From assembly GCF_031769215.1 (NCBI RefSeq), contig NW_026781940.1:1-64000 (forward strand): DNA of 64,000 bases. The letters run 5' to 3'. The stretch's first letter is position 1, and the number at the start of each line of letters is the position of its first letter. The DNA is from Ylistrum balloti (lineage: Eukaryota). A model generated the notes under the pieces. That model was given only the letters and a program-made list of their open reading frames with translations. It was not told the DNA's origin and searched no databases. The position numbers and the translations under genes were made by a program. This document shows positions 24,542-36,885 of the stretch, in pieces.

Positions 24542-27500
24542 ATGGCAGCCTCCATGTGCAACGTGAGTGTTCTTCGTCGACAGTTGTTTTCATCGGTACA
24601 AAAGAAATCATGTTGTCATTATCATCTTGTAGGAAGACTTTGTTCAAGTATAGCAGAAAGAGACGACATTGATCATAAAGACAAAGAAGCAACATTCCAG
24701 TCCCGTGTGGCAGACGAAGACGACTATTTTGGTGTGTCGATTCCAGAAGACAGGTGGTCTGTACCTCGATCATCATCTCTCTCTGAAAAGGAATTATTCG
24801 AAAAATATCAGGCAGGTAGATTAAGCGAAAATGAAACATACAACATGCAATTTGTAAACTTGCGGTTTGGAAGGATGCGTTTCGATAACGTGACAGATTT
24901 AAAACATCAAAAAGATGCGAGGATGAAATTTCATGACTTAAATCAAGTTGGTGTGAAAAAAGATATTTTGAATACTATGGCACGTATTAACGACGGAAGA
25001 GAAACATCGTATTCGGAAGAAAGTTATTATGCTTCTCTTTTAGATCAGTTCAAAAGTGATTCGAAATATCGTGAGCCTTCTGTGGCGCAAGATTTAGTTT
25101 CAAAGAGATCTAGATCAAGGACACGTAAAGCAGGGAATGGAAAAGTTGATTCCCTTCAGGTGAGTAAATCAGGAGCGATGGACAATGTTGAAACTGATCA
25201 GGATGTGGAAGGAAAGACATCACCATATCATACTGCTACACCTACTACGGTTGAATATGGTGATGAAAAATTGACAGTTTCAAATGAAGCTAACGATGAA
25301 AGTTCTGATAGAAATAATGGTGATTTGAACTTTATAGATCAACAGTATTTTCAAGGAGATCTTGTTTCAAATGAGGAAATTAGCACCAAAGTTAAAGATA
25401 GTGATAGCTGTGATTTGAACTTCATAGATCAACAGTATTTTCAACAAGATACAGTATTAACAAAAGCTGAAAAATCAGCCGGGTTATTAAACTTTGAATC
25501 GTCACAAGGAAATCATCCTAATGAAGTTATACCAGAACTAGAACCAGATTTCTTGTTTTCTCATGCAAAGAAAGAAATATCTTCGGAAAAGAACAGAACA
25601 TTTTCCGATCAAGAAATTATATCTTCTAGTGTAGAAACAGTTTCTCATACTTATCCGAAAGATCATACAGAAAAGCTGCATCCAACTTCAAAGTCAAAAA
25701 CGATGAAAACCAAAGAAAACCCCAGAGCAAAGCCTGAGAAGATAAAAACTGAAAATTTTGACAGTGAAGTATTATCTTCCTACCAAGAGACTGCAATTTC
25801 AAACCCCGATCAGGTATCTGAGAGTGCAACTCCAAAGATTCAAAACTTGGAAACTGAAGGAGGCAGTACAAAAACAAGATCTAGCGATATTAATTTTATT
25901 GATCAACAGTTCTTTGGCGAGCACTTATCTGATGATGATTTGAAAACATCCATAAATAGCGAATTTTGGAATGATCAAGAATCAGATTTGAACTTTATAG
26001 ATGAAAAATATTTCAAGGAAGCTGAATCTACTCCTGAAAGGAAACCAATTGATTTGCTGACTCCAGACCATGAAGGGCCTGAAAATAAAGCGTCTGTAAG
26101 AGATGTAAAACATTCTGGTAAAGGAAAAAAATCTAAAAAAAGGGAAAAAGAACTTAATAGAACTGACATGGATAAGCGCAGTGATCGTCTTTTTCAATTT
26201 CAAGTTATGGATGACCTTGAAAGAGATAGCTTAATAAAAAGAAAACGTGCACTGTCCACAGGGAAGGAGAATGAGACTGAAAATTTGTCGAGCTCAGCTT
26301 ATGGCACAGTGCAGAAGCTACGAGGCAGTCAAGGAATTAATCTAGAAGGTAAACTTTTTTTATCATCTGTTCAATCTTTCAGTGGTAATTGGTTTTCAAG
26401 TATATTTTGAAATGATTAAAAGTAATTACATTTTTTGAAAAAAAAAAAGAAAAAAAAAAGCATGCAAATAAAATTGTATAAAAGTCTGGGGAAAAATACA
26501 TTTATCATAGAATCTTACCAGACTTTATTGATAAACTTTTTATTTGTTGTCTTTTCTGATGTATAGAGTTAATGTTTAATTAATAGATATTAATTAATGT
26601 CTTAATAAGTAACTAAGATGATGAAGTCTTCACAAAATTAAGACACTGTAAGATCATTATAGCAAGGTCAAAATGTATATTAAGTGCATGTGTAGTAATA
26701 TATGCATGACAGGCACATCTAGACCTGCACAAACCCTCAAGGCTAATGATGTTCCCTTATCTTCATTTCTTTGAAAAATGTGTCATTCAAGTTAAAAATT
26801 TATAGCATTTTCATCAAGTTTTTTTGAATTTCTTATCAATTAAAAAATCTCGAAAGTTAATCTGATGTGAAAAAAGAAATCATCTTTTTAGCACAATGTT
26901 ATTAGATTTTAGGCTATTCAGATCACCTTTCGTCCATGGCCCATGGTCTGTCATCTGTCGGTAAACAATTCTTGTTATCGCTTCTCAAGAATCGTCGAAC
27001 CATGCACCTCCAGTCTCCATCTTAGGCTGAATAGGAAAACGATCTTGGTATCAGGTATTTCAAAATGGAAGCAAAATACATTTAATTATACATTTATGAT
27101 TTATCATATTTTGATGATATCCTTTTTTTCAGGAGGGGCCCCTCTTCGTGACAGCAAAGGAATGAAGGTTATGAAAACTGTAGTTCCTCAACTCCATAAA
27201 ATGACAACTGTTGAGATTGTAAATATGATCACCAGACACATCTTGTATGACAGTGGTAAGTTGGAAATCAAACCACAAATGGTCAACGGACACAAGAATC
27301 ACTGCAGTTATTAGTGGGAAGTTCCAATTTAAACCTAACTATCAGGCACATAAAAAAATTATTTTAGGTAATGTAAGGCCAAAATTCTATTCTGTCCAAG
27401 TGTCCTTTTGTTAAAATATTTCCAAATGATCACAGAGTTCAGAAATATTTGTTATCTGCATTTGATACTAAGATGATAGGAAATTTTTCAAAGCACTGGC

Positions 27501-30500
27501 TAGGAGCAAGCAGACCTCAGAAATTCAGTTACAGTTTGAGGAAAAAAAAAAAATATATATACAGTTGTATATATATATATATGATATTAAGTAAGGGCAA
27601 TGTCAGTTGACTTAGATTGATGAGCCTGGACTGAGAGCCTGTTGTGATACATCTATCCTTTACTAAGCTCAGGGAGGTAATACATTGCTTCTTACTCAAA
27701 GTCATAGGGTGGGCTTATTACAGGACAGCAAGTTAACATTACTGTACAGCAATACATGTAAATATTAGAGTTATTGTCTTATAAATGTGGTATATCCTCC
27801 ATAACAGCTCTCCGTTAATATAAATCTAAAGCTCCTCATATTTTAAACAACGTACATAAGTGCATATGAATGATGTTGAAACACAAAACATTTGATAAAA
27901 TTGTGTAAATATTTTTCTGTTGATCTGTTTACAACAATTCAATTATTTCTGTTTTGTTTATATGTAGATGACATTGTGGCCATATATAAACCCTATGGAC
28001 TGCCTTCCCATGGTAAGTTTGAGAGTAAAATGTCAAAGTCAGATGCATCCTGTTTGAATCAAAATTTTCCATGACAAATTGTAAAATTAACAAAACAACC
28101 TTTTCAATAAAAGAAAACTCGTGTTTATTTTCTTATGGTACTTTTTTATATTTCTCAAGTGGAGAAATAAGTTATTGCTCCGTCTGAATATTTTCCTTTA
28201 GGAGGCCCAGGTGTAGCCATAAGTGTTGCACAACTTCAAGAGGAAATTGGTCAAAAACTACCCAACAAAGCGGACAGTCTATACATGGTACACAGACTGG
28301 ACAAGGACACCACTGGGGTAATGCTTCTTGCCAGGTAGGTAATCTAAATATGGAAGATTGGGGTAACAACAGCATACAAGCTTTAACTTTGGTAACCAAG
28401 GTTTGATTCCCTAATTAGGCATGAAAAGGCATAGTTTTCCCCCTTCACAACCACATGGGTTTTTCCTAGGTTTTTAAATATCTGACTTTCACTTTCTTTT
28501 TCACAGTAAGACCCTTGACATGCTTTTATTTGGGCCAACAAGAGTGAGAAACATGAATAGCTGAATTTTTTTAATTTTTTAATTATTGTGTGATAGAAAA
28601 AGTTTTTAAGGTCAAAGAAAGGCTAATGAACTATTTTTGGGAGAAAATGTTTAATATTTTCAGTGAAGTTTATGCTATGTAGCTGACTTAATTGAAGATT
28701 TGTGGCCTGGAAACTATTTTTGAAGACTTTCGTCATCATTTGTCATAGATGTCTACCAAAGAGAGTTTTGGTCAGACACATTTTGGAATTTCCTTTGGCA
28801 ATGAGTAGTGAAATGTGAATTGCAGCAAATGTTGACACCATCTAGAAAGCATGACAACAGATAACAAAAATTTATCTTTGTACTGATGATGAAGTTAACA
28901 CAACGGCAGTTATACAGCGTTTAATGATTTTAGAGACAGGTTTTTCACAATAATATTCTAGAAGTTAACATAATTATTTTCTCCTGTCATCATACGAATT
29001 TCAGATCAGACATTTATCAAAACTGATTATCATACTTTATTAGAACTCAGGAAATGGCAGCAAAATTATCTCAAGCCTTCCGGGAACAGAAAGTGGTAAA
29101 AAAGTACTGGGCCATCACTAAAGGGATTCCTAATCCAACAGAGGGTGAGTCCATTGTTTATAGAACAGGGTCATCATTATAGGGATTGCTAATCCAACAG
29201 AGGGTGAGTCCATTGTTATAGAACTGGGTCATCATTATAGGGATTCCTAATCCAACAGACGGTGAGTCCATTGTTATAGAACAGGGTCATCATTATAGGG
29301 ATTCCTAGTCCATCAGAGGGTGAGTCCATTGTTTATAGAACCAAATCATCATTACAGGGATTCCTAATCCAACAGAAGGTGAGTCCATTGTTATAGAACC
29401 AAACCATCACTATAGGGATTCCTAATTCAACAGGAGGTGAGTCCATTGTTATAGAACAGGGCCATCACTAAAGGGATTCCTAATCCAACAGAGGGTGAGT
29501 CCATTGTTATAGAACCAAACCATCATTATAGGGGTTCCTAACCCAACAGAAGGTGAGTCCATTGTTTATAGAACAGGGTCATCACTAAAGGGATTCCTAA
29601 TCCAACAGAAGGTGAGTCCATTGTTATAGAACAGGGCCATCACTAAAGGGATTCCTAATCCAACAGAGGGTGAGTCCATTGTTATAGAACCAAACCATCA
29701 TTATAGGGGTTCCTAACCCAACAGAAGGTGAGTCCATTGTTTATAGAACAGGGTCATCACTAAAGGGATTCCTAATCCAACAGAGGGTGAGTCCATTGTT
29801 ATAGAACCAAACCATCATTATAGGGGTTCCTAACCCAACAGAGGGTGAGTCCATTGTTTATAGAACCAGACAGATATTCCTGGTCCCACTGGAGGTGGTT
29901 TGCGGTTAAAAGCATTTTTTTAAAAAATCCTATGTTTACCTTATACACAATGTTGACCTTTGACATGACCATGACCTTTTGACATGACCTTGACATTTTA
30001 CATGACCTTGTCTTTATACTTAATCTTGTTTATAATGTTGTCTTTTTTCTGTCTTCAGGTATCATTGATATCCCGATGATGGAAGGAACTGTTGACGGCA
30101 AGAGCAGGGTCAGTAGTCTAAACATTATCAAGGGAAATTACTCTATTTGACCATTCAATTAACTGAACTTGCCAGAAATCTTACGATTTATAAGATTTTT
30201 GCCATCAATGAGGGTTTCCTAATTAATAAGGCTTAGCTATATTGTAAAATGTTTATTTTCATTCTAGAGTACATGTACCACCAAATTTTTATATATTTAT
30301 AAAAAAAAATTTTTGTTGATTGTTTGTTGTTTATACATTGTACTGAAGTGATACTGTATAGTTGATAATATTTGCGGGGATTTGATTTCGGTATATCTAC
30401 GATCAATCAAAATAGTGTAAAATTAGATACCCAGAAAATATTTTTACGGTGGATGGAAAATCTCAGAAAATCGCAGTAATACCTGTATACATGAACATCA

Positions 30501-33500
30501 CTTCAAATACATATGCAAAATTTAATACCTGTGAATTTGCCTGCCTATATTAGTCTTGTAAAATTAAACTGTACAGTACTTGAATTGTACCTAAAACAAA
30601 GAATATATTTCCTAAGGTCATTTGACCTAGAACAAAAATATCATCAGACGAATTTCTGTCAGATTTTAAGTTATATTTTCTTTAAATGGTTTTCAAGTGA
30701 TTATAAAATTTGTCAGTCTTTATCAGTCGTTATATGGTAAGTGTTTGCTACTTTCACCATTTTAAACAAAAGACTTCACATCTTAATTCGAAAAGTGTAC
30801 CCCATGATTTATCTAAGTATGCAAAATGATATCAAACTTAATTTAAAGCATTTATTAAACTCATTGCTTAAAAATGGAAAATTATGAATTTTCATCATAA
30901 CTAAACTAACATAACTAACACTTTCAAAAATATAATGTTTTGTTAGGTCATCAGACATTGTGCTTTGTCCGTTGTCATCTGCAGTGCATAAACTTTTGAC
31001 ATTTTAAACTTCTTCTTAAGTTCCACCAGTGGGATTGGGCTCAAACTTGCATGAAATGATCCTGAGATGGTCCTGACCATGAGTTGTTATTTCTCAGGGT
31101 GATCTGAAATCCAAGATGGCCACCATCTTTTTATGCCCCCGCCATTTATGGCCGGGGGCATATAGCGTTGCCCATGTCCGTCCGTCCCGTCCCGTCCCGT
31201 TGCATCGCATCCCAAATCAGTATATACCACCTAACAACTTCATTCGTACCTTTCACTATTATTTCACATGGGGTGGGGGGGGGGGGGGGCATTCATGTCT
31301 TACAGACATTTTCTAGTTAAAACATATTTTGAACTTCTTCTCCAGCTCCACTGGTGCCATTGAGCTATAAATTGATGGCAATGTTAAGGAAATGTAGCCA
31401 ACAAAGTGTTGTTATTTTTTGAACTTGTCAAAACATTGATATGGCAGACAGGGAGGCCATTTTGTAACATGATTGCATAATCATGGTTTTCCTGTGCAAC
31501 ACCTATTTCAAACTTCTCAAATTTCACCAGTTGGTCAGCACTTCAAAAAATAGGTAACACTTATAACAGTTGCCAACTCCTCACCTCAACTACCATCTGC
31601 AACATGGAAAACAGCTTCTTAGTAAGATTTCATTCAAAGTAGAAGAAATAACCTTTCTCCCTGCTGAAAGTTTTGTATTCAGATGATTGTTAAGGCCCAT
31701 GGGCCTCTTGTTCTACCCACTGACTCATACTTAGAATCTTTGATCTTATAATTGTAGGCACATTTTTTATTGTTCTCACAGACATAGACACAAATCTAAA
31801 ATTGTAATTAACTGGTAGTTATGTTTACTGTATAACACTTTTGGGGTAGGAAATGTTTTTAGCTTCAAATTGGATAATTTAGTTGTTAATTTATTGGTTA
31901 AACCTAGGTTCTTCTCGTTTTTTTTCTTCTTTTTCCTCTCCTCCTCCTCCTCCTCCTCCTCCTCCTCCTTCTTCTTCTTCTACTTTTTCTTCTTCATCAT
32001 CTTCTTCTTCTTCCTTTTTTCTTCTTTATTTGGCTTTCTGCTTTAAAGGTTTCCAACTATTCTTAAAAACACATGTCAGATCTTCACTACACTTACAGGG
32101 ATTAATACTGATGGCCTCTAGATGTGCAAACAAGTGCCTTTTTCTGATTTGGCACTTTTATAGATGTATATCAGGGTTCCTGGCCAGTGTGATGTTTATT
32201 TTTGAAAATTAAGGGTATTCTGCAGACTTTCCTTGCCTGTGTTGAAGTACTTGTATCACTTAGGGGTAGTTTAAAGGACATTGGGTCCTGTTACAATTAA
32301 TAATTGTTTTAAATATCTTCGCAGATGGCCCTTAAGCTGAATTTTTTGCCTGATGGGAGGATTGCCACGAAGTCATCTGTAAAAACGTTTAAGGCCGAGA
32401 CATATTACAAGGTTAAAGCTAGTCATGAGAACACAGCCATTGTCGAGTGTCTCCCACTTACAGGTGAGTTCCATCATACTTTAAGAAATTTCTTGCTACC
32501 AAAGTTTCGCAAAGTTTGTAAAATACCATTGTGTCTGTGTAAAATAACTAGCTGTTTTATAGAGTAAGATCATAGGGCCAATATTTCACCATTGCCTAAG
32601 GCTAGGTCTTAGGGATTGAATTTCACGCAGGTCTTAATGTTTGTATCCATGTATACTAGTTTATAATATATACTTATAATATATTCAGCATCCATCGGCC
32701 GAAGGGATTATCGAGACACCTTAATTTACACCACCACTCTCAATTTTGATTTATAACTTTGTATTTGTTTTATGTTATATGTATATGATGTAATTTATGT
32801 AATATTTGTGACTTGATAAAGGGGCAGGTTGCCTCAAAAAATTTGACATTTCACTTGTCTGTGCTGGTGCGGTTACTTCTTTGATCATCTAATATATACT
32901 TTTCTGACATTTTCAAAAAATGTTTGCGGGGAAGTTAATTTTAACATCATCATTATTGACAATGTAAATAGGGAAATCAGCTATCACAAACATTTATGTT
33001 TTTAATGAATTCTAAAAAAAAAGTTGATTAAGTTGTCAATTGCCTGTTGGCTGAAAGATTTTAGCAAAGTGCTTTCTTTGGCATCGCAATGACTCCCAAA
33101 TTACAAAATCAACAACCACAATATGCATTTCATGCAAAGCATTTTTTTATTGTGTTTACTCCGAATAAGTCACTCGTAACCTATACGGGTGTTTTATTCA
33201 TTCATAACTGATATCTCAACAGTATGATTGACAGCTCAGACAAAAAAAAATGTAAATAATTTTGATCTAGTTGAGTGATTCAACACTTTTCTATTACAAA
33301 GGTTGGTGGATGGTGATATGCGGGGTAAAATCGTAAAACCACAGAAGTAATAATGAAGTGTTGCCAAATACTTCAGGCAATTTTCTTGTCTGAAGTTTGC
33401 ATTTTAATGAAACAATATGTTTGGTTTGATATTCTGAGAGAAACGTTTGAACATGTTTGTCAATTTCTGTACAACAGGGGTACGACATCAGCTCCGTGCT

Positions 33501-35583
33501 CACCTGTCATTTGGATTAAATACGCCCATCTTAGGAGATCACAAGTACTCAAACCTCCTCAAGTTTGCTCCACAGGTAAGTCTTAATACAAAATGAAGTA
33601 CTTAAACAGAGCTATAAGTAACAAAGAGATTGATTGGTGGAGAACTTCATTAGCCAACCAATCACAATGAATGTTACATAAAAACATTATGTGTTCATGT
33701 TCTGCTAGGTATATGACCATAATACACAAATGTTTGCTGATTGATAAAGCTTTGAATTGTCTTCTGATGGCGTTTATGATTGGTATGAATACCATAGCTT
33801 TGCATGCAGCCATCACATCAGGCGCTACTTATTGTGAATCATGGTATACTATCCACATCTGTGTGTCAGATCATCTGTCTGTCCCTTTACAATTGGTTTC
33901 AGTTTTGGTGCCGGTTTCTTCAGTGGTCTACAATTCAGTCAACTAATTGGTCATTGTCCTAGTTTTGTTGGGTCTGGTAATAATGGCATAGATTCATTTT
34001 GTGAAAATTATTTCTATTTTTTCCTGTCTTTAATGCGTGGGAGTTCACTTTTTACAGCATAAGTTTCGGTGTAGGTTGCTTCACTGGTCTACTAGTCAGG
34101 TAATGTGTTATGACCTAAACTTTTGAGTCTAAAATTAATGATATGTGTTCAATTTGGATGAAAAAATTTATTTTTTAAAATGTTTGAAAGCTGTCGGAAT
34201 TTACTTGTGTAGGTTTTGTTGTAAGTTTCTTAGTGGTCCTTGGTTCAGTTAAGTAAGGTTTAAGGACCCTAAGTTTTGACATGAATGTTCTTGTGGGATC
34301 CATCAATTACGAAACAGATTCAATTGATGAAAAGGATTTCTATTCATGATTTTTTTCACGTTTTGTTTCTGTTGGAATGACAAAATTGATATAATTTATA
34401 AAGATGTAATTTGTGAAAGTAATTTCTATTTTTCTTTTACATGGTTTGGATTTCACCGTTTTAGGGAACATTTCCATGTGATTTTCCTTCAGCAGTCATG
34501 GTTAAATGAATTTTTACATATTCAAACATGACACTTAGTACCATGTTTATGAATACCAAACAAGTAGGATAGGATCAGATGGGTGTATTTTGTAATTGTT
34601 TGCAGTGCTCTCATAATATTCATAATTCATTATGATAGTCATGTGCTGGATGGCATCTAAGGACCACCCTTGTTTAAAATCCCTGGAAAGATTTTTGGGA
34701 GCATATAGTTGCCACTCTATCCAACTATCCATCTGTCCTTTCATGTCTGTTGCATAACTTTTCTTACATTCAAGCTGTAATGAAACTTTGTCATACTAAG
34801 ATGAAGTACAGAGTAACATAGTCGGGCCCTTTGTCATACTAAGATGAAGTACAGAGAAACATAGTCAGGGCACTTAACCCCTTAATTATTAGCCATTGTT
34901 AAAACTTTTCTGTCCAGAGCATAACTTTCTTTTTATTTTACCTTGGACAATGAAACTTGGTGTATACATTTTGTCATACAAAAAGGGTGTGCAGTGTTCC
35001 AGTTTCAGGACCTGCAACCCCTTAATTACAGAGTTATTGCCCTTCGTTAAAACTCTGTTTGCCCTTTGCTGAAATTTTGTGTCCAATTAAGTTGTTTTCT
35101 GGGACTCTGTTTGTTATATAGAAGCATTGTCTCACAAATGTTAATATAAGTATTTGTACTAAAAAGGAAAACCAAATAAAAGAATTATTTCAAAAGAGTA
35201 CAGTGTTCTTTGTTGAAAATCATCATTAGAAGGGAAAATTTCATCTTTATTGAATTTTGGTTTTTCAGAGAGCTATGATAAAAACAAAAATCAACCTTCT
35301 TTTTCTTGTTGTTGAAAAAATTGTAAGTTTCATCCTGTGTTTAAAAATTGATGAATTTCAAATGAATTTTTTGTTTTTTCTTTTTAAGAAACTGGACAAT
35401 AGGACACTTAAGAGACTTGGAGTACAACAAAGTAAAGTTCGCTACATACCCTTGCATCTACATGCCATGTCCATCCTCATACCTGAATTTCTTAATGGAC
35501 GTAATCTCTTTGTAACGAGCAACTTGCCTAAACATTTCTGCAAGAGCATGAGATACCTCAAACTAAGTATGAGAGGAAAATGA
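24542..35583 (+). CDS. RPUSD4: RluA-family mitochondrial RNA pseudouridine synthase (RPUSD4-like), ~896 aa (912 with optional exon), with ~600-aa N-terminal extension
   Basis: Exons 24542-26348, [optional 26913-26960], 27133-27255, 27968-28012, 28202-28334, 29044-29144, 30059-30108, 32325-32463, 33478-33575, 35389-35583; phases consistent. Motifs KPYGLPSHG, HRLDKDTTG (catalytic Asp), KKYWAIT, GVRHQLRAHLSFGL..PILGDHKYS and YIPLHLHA match RPUSD4 as I recall it. Confidence 0.9.
28355..28545 (+). mobile_element. Decayed copy of the V-domain-type tRNA SINE
   Basis: ggtttgattccc B-box-like followed by gaaaagg..atggg..tttttcctagg..cagtaagaccctt, collinear with the copy at 59175-59422. Confidence 0.4.
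29109..29866 (+). repeat. Minisatellite, 13 copies of a 58-59-bp unit made of RPUSD4 exon 6 end, GTGAGT donor and intron start
   Basis: Unit gggccatcactaaagggattcctaatccaacagagg|gtgagtccattgtt(t)atagaaca; the first copy is the real exon end (donor at 29145). Confidence 0.95.
30941..31712 (+). mobile_element. HINE/Helentron-like element with a second HINE (31128-31318) nested inside
   Basis: Outer 3' end aggcccatgggcct palindrome + cttgtt. Inner element: ttttatgccccc...gggggcata 5' hairpin, (gtcc)n microsatellite, 3' ggggcattcatgtc...ctagtt. Confidence 0.65.
31921..32026 (+). repeat. (CCT)n/(CTT)n polypyrimidine microsatellite
   Basis: Directly visible in the RPUSD4 intron between 30108 and 32325. 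Confidence 0.9.
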
Positions 35584-36664
35584 AGACGAGATGTATTCTG
35601 TCTTTTCGCAATACAGAGTTGTCTGCCCTTTATAGCAGGTATTGATGATTATATCATTACTTTGCAGGCGAAAATTATTTCATTTTCTTACGAATTTGTA
35701 TAACATTTCTCTCACAAGCAAATGACACATTAATTAATACCTGCTCATAAAAAATAACCCCGCCCCACGAAAAGGCAGAATACATCTTCTGCTATCAAGG
35801 ATGATTAATGTTCTGCTTAGAAATGAAATTGTATACATTTATGATTTAATATCTTGAGGACATATAGACCAGTCAAATCTCTAAGGAAAACAAAGATTTT
35901 GAGGTAAAATTGAAATTTAAATACAGGTCCTGTTTTGCTAATAGAGATCTGAGTACAATTCAACCTTTATACAGCCTGGTCTTTCAAGATTTTTTTTTTT
36001 TTTTTTTTGTAAGATTAGCTGTTGGTTCAATGTTTTTGTGTATACATTCAACAGCTGATTATTATTGACAATTTTAGGTGTTCATAGTTTTTGAAGTTGA
36101 TGAAACTGATGAACGTGTGATATTGTTTAAAATAAGAATATTAAAATTATAGAAAAAGATAAAATATTTTGTTTTCTTTTCTGCTTTGTTTATAGTTGAG
36201 TAAGATATAAGTCACTTAAGGAAGTAATAGGATTTCAACTATAGTGAAAATTGAAAAAAAAACTTATATGGAAGTGGAAGAGAACCTACATCCTGATATG
36301 TAAATACAGAGAACATCAACAGTAATGTTCCTTTTTCTATGTCCTCTTTTGTGAAGGTTCATTAAATGCTATTGTTAACCTGGCAGATAGTCTTATTCTG
36401 CTCCGTTTAGCTGCATCATTTGAGTGTAAGGCCGCAGAGGCATTTGACTTGATCCATAGGAGATGCTAACTGTTAAACTCTCTTAAGATGATTTCATTTT
36501 GATAATGTTAACCTTTTAGTACTTACAAATTAGCCTTTTTCTTTACTTTATACAATTTTGTGGAGATACCCGTCCTCAGAGAGGAGTGGAGCCCGTAAGA
36601 TCCAGGATGTGTTCAAAGGAGAAGCAGAAATTTATAAAAAATACTTATTATAGAATATAAACTT

Positions 36665-36885
36665 GATATATTTTACAACAATTGCGAAAAAAGTTATTTC
36701 ATCTTGTCATTCTTGTTGGCCAAAATGTAAGTGCACGAGGGGTCTTATTATGGGAGGAATCCCGAGTACCCGGGAAAAAACAAATGTGGTCAGGCAGGTG
36801 CCCTTGTAGCTTTTCACTTATGTTCTGAGAATTCAGTCGACTAGGTGGAAAGTGAATGTATTACCACTGCACCACCTGACCACCC
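36665..36885 (-). mobile_element. V-domain-type tRNA-derived SINE, diverged copy
   Basis: Collinear with 59175-59422 (tgggagga..ccgagtacccggg, gtggtc.ggcaggtg, ttaccactgcaccacc.gaccaccc). Confidence 0.65.
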
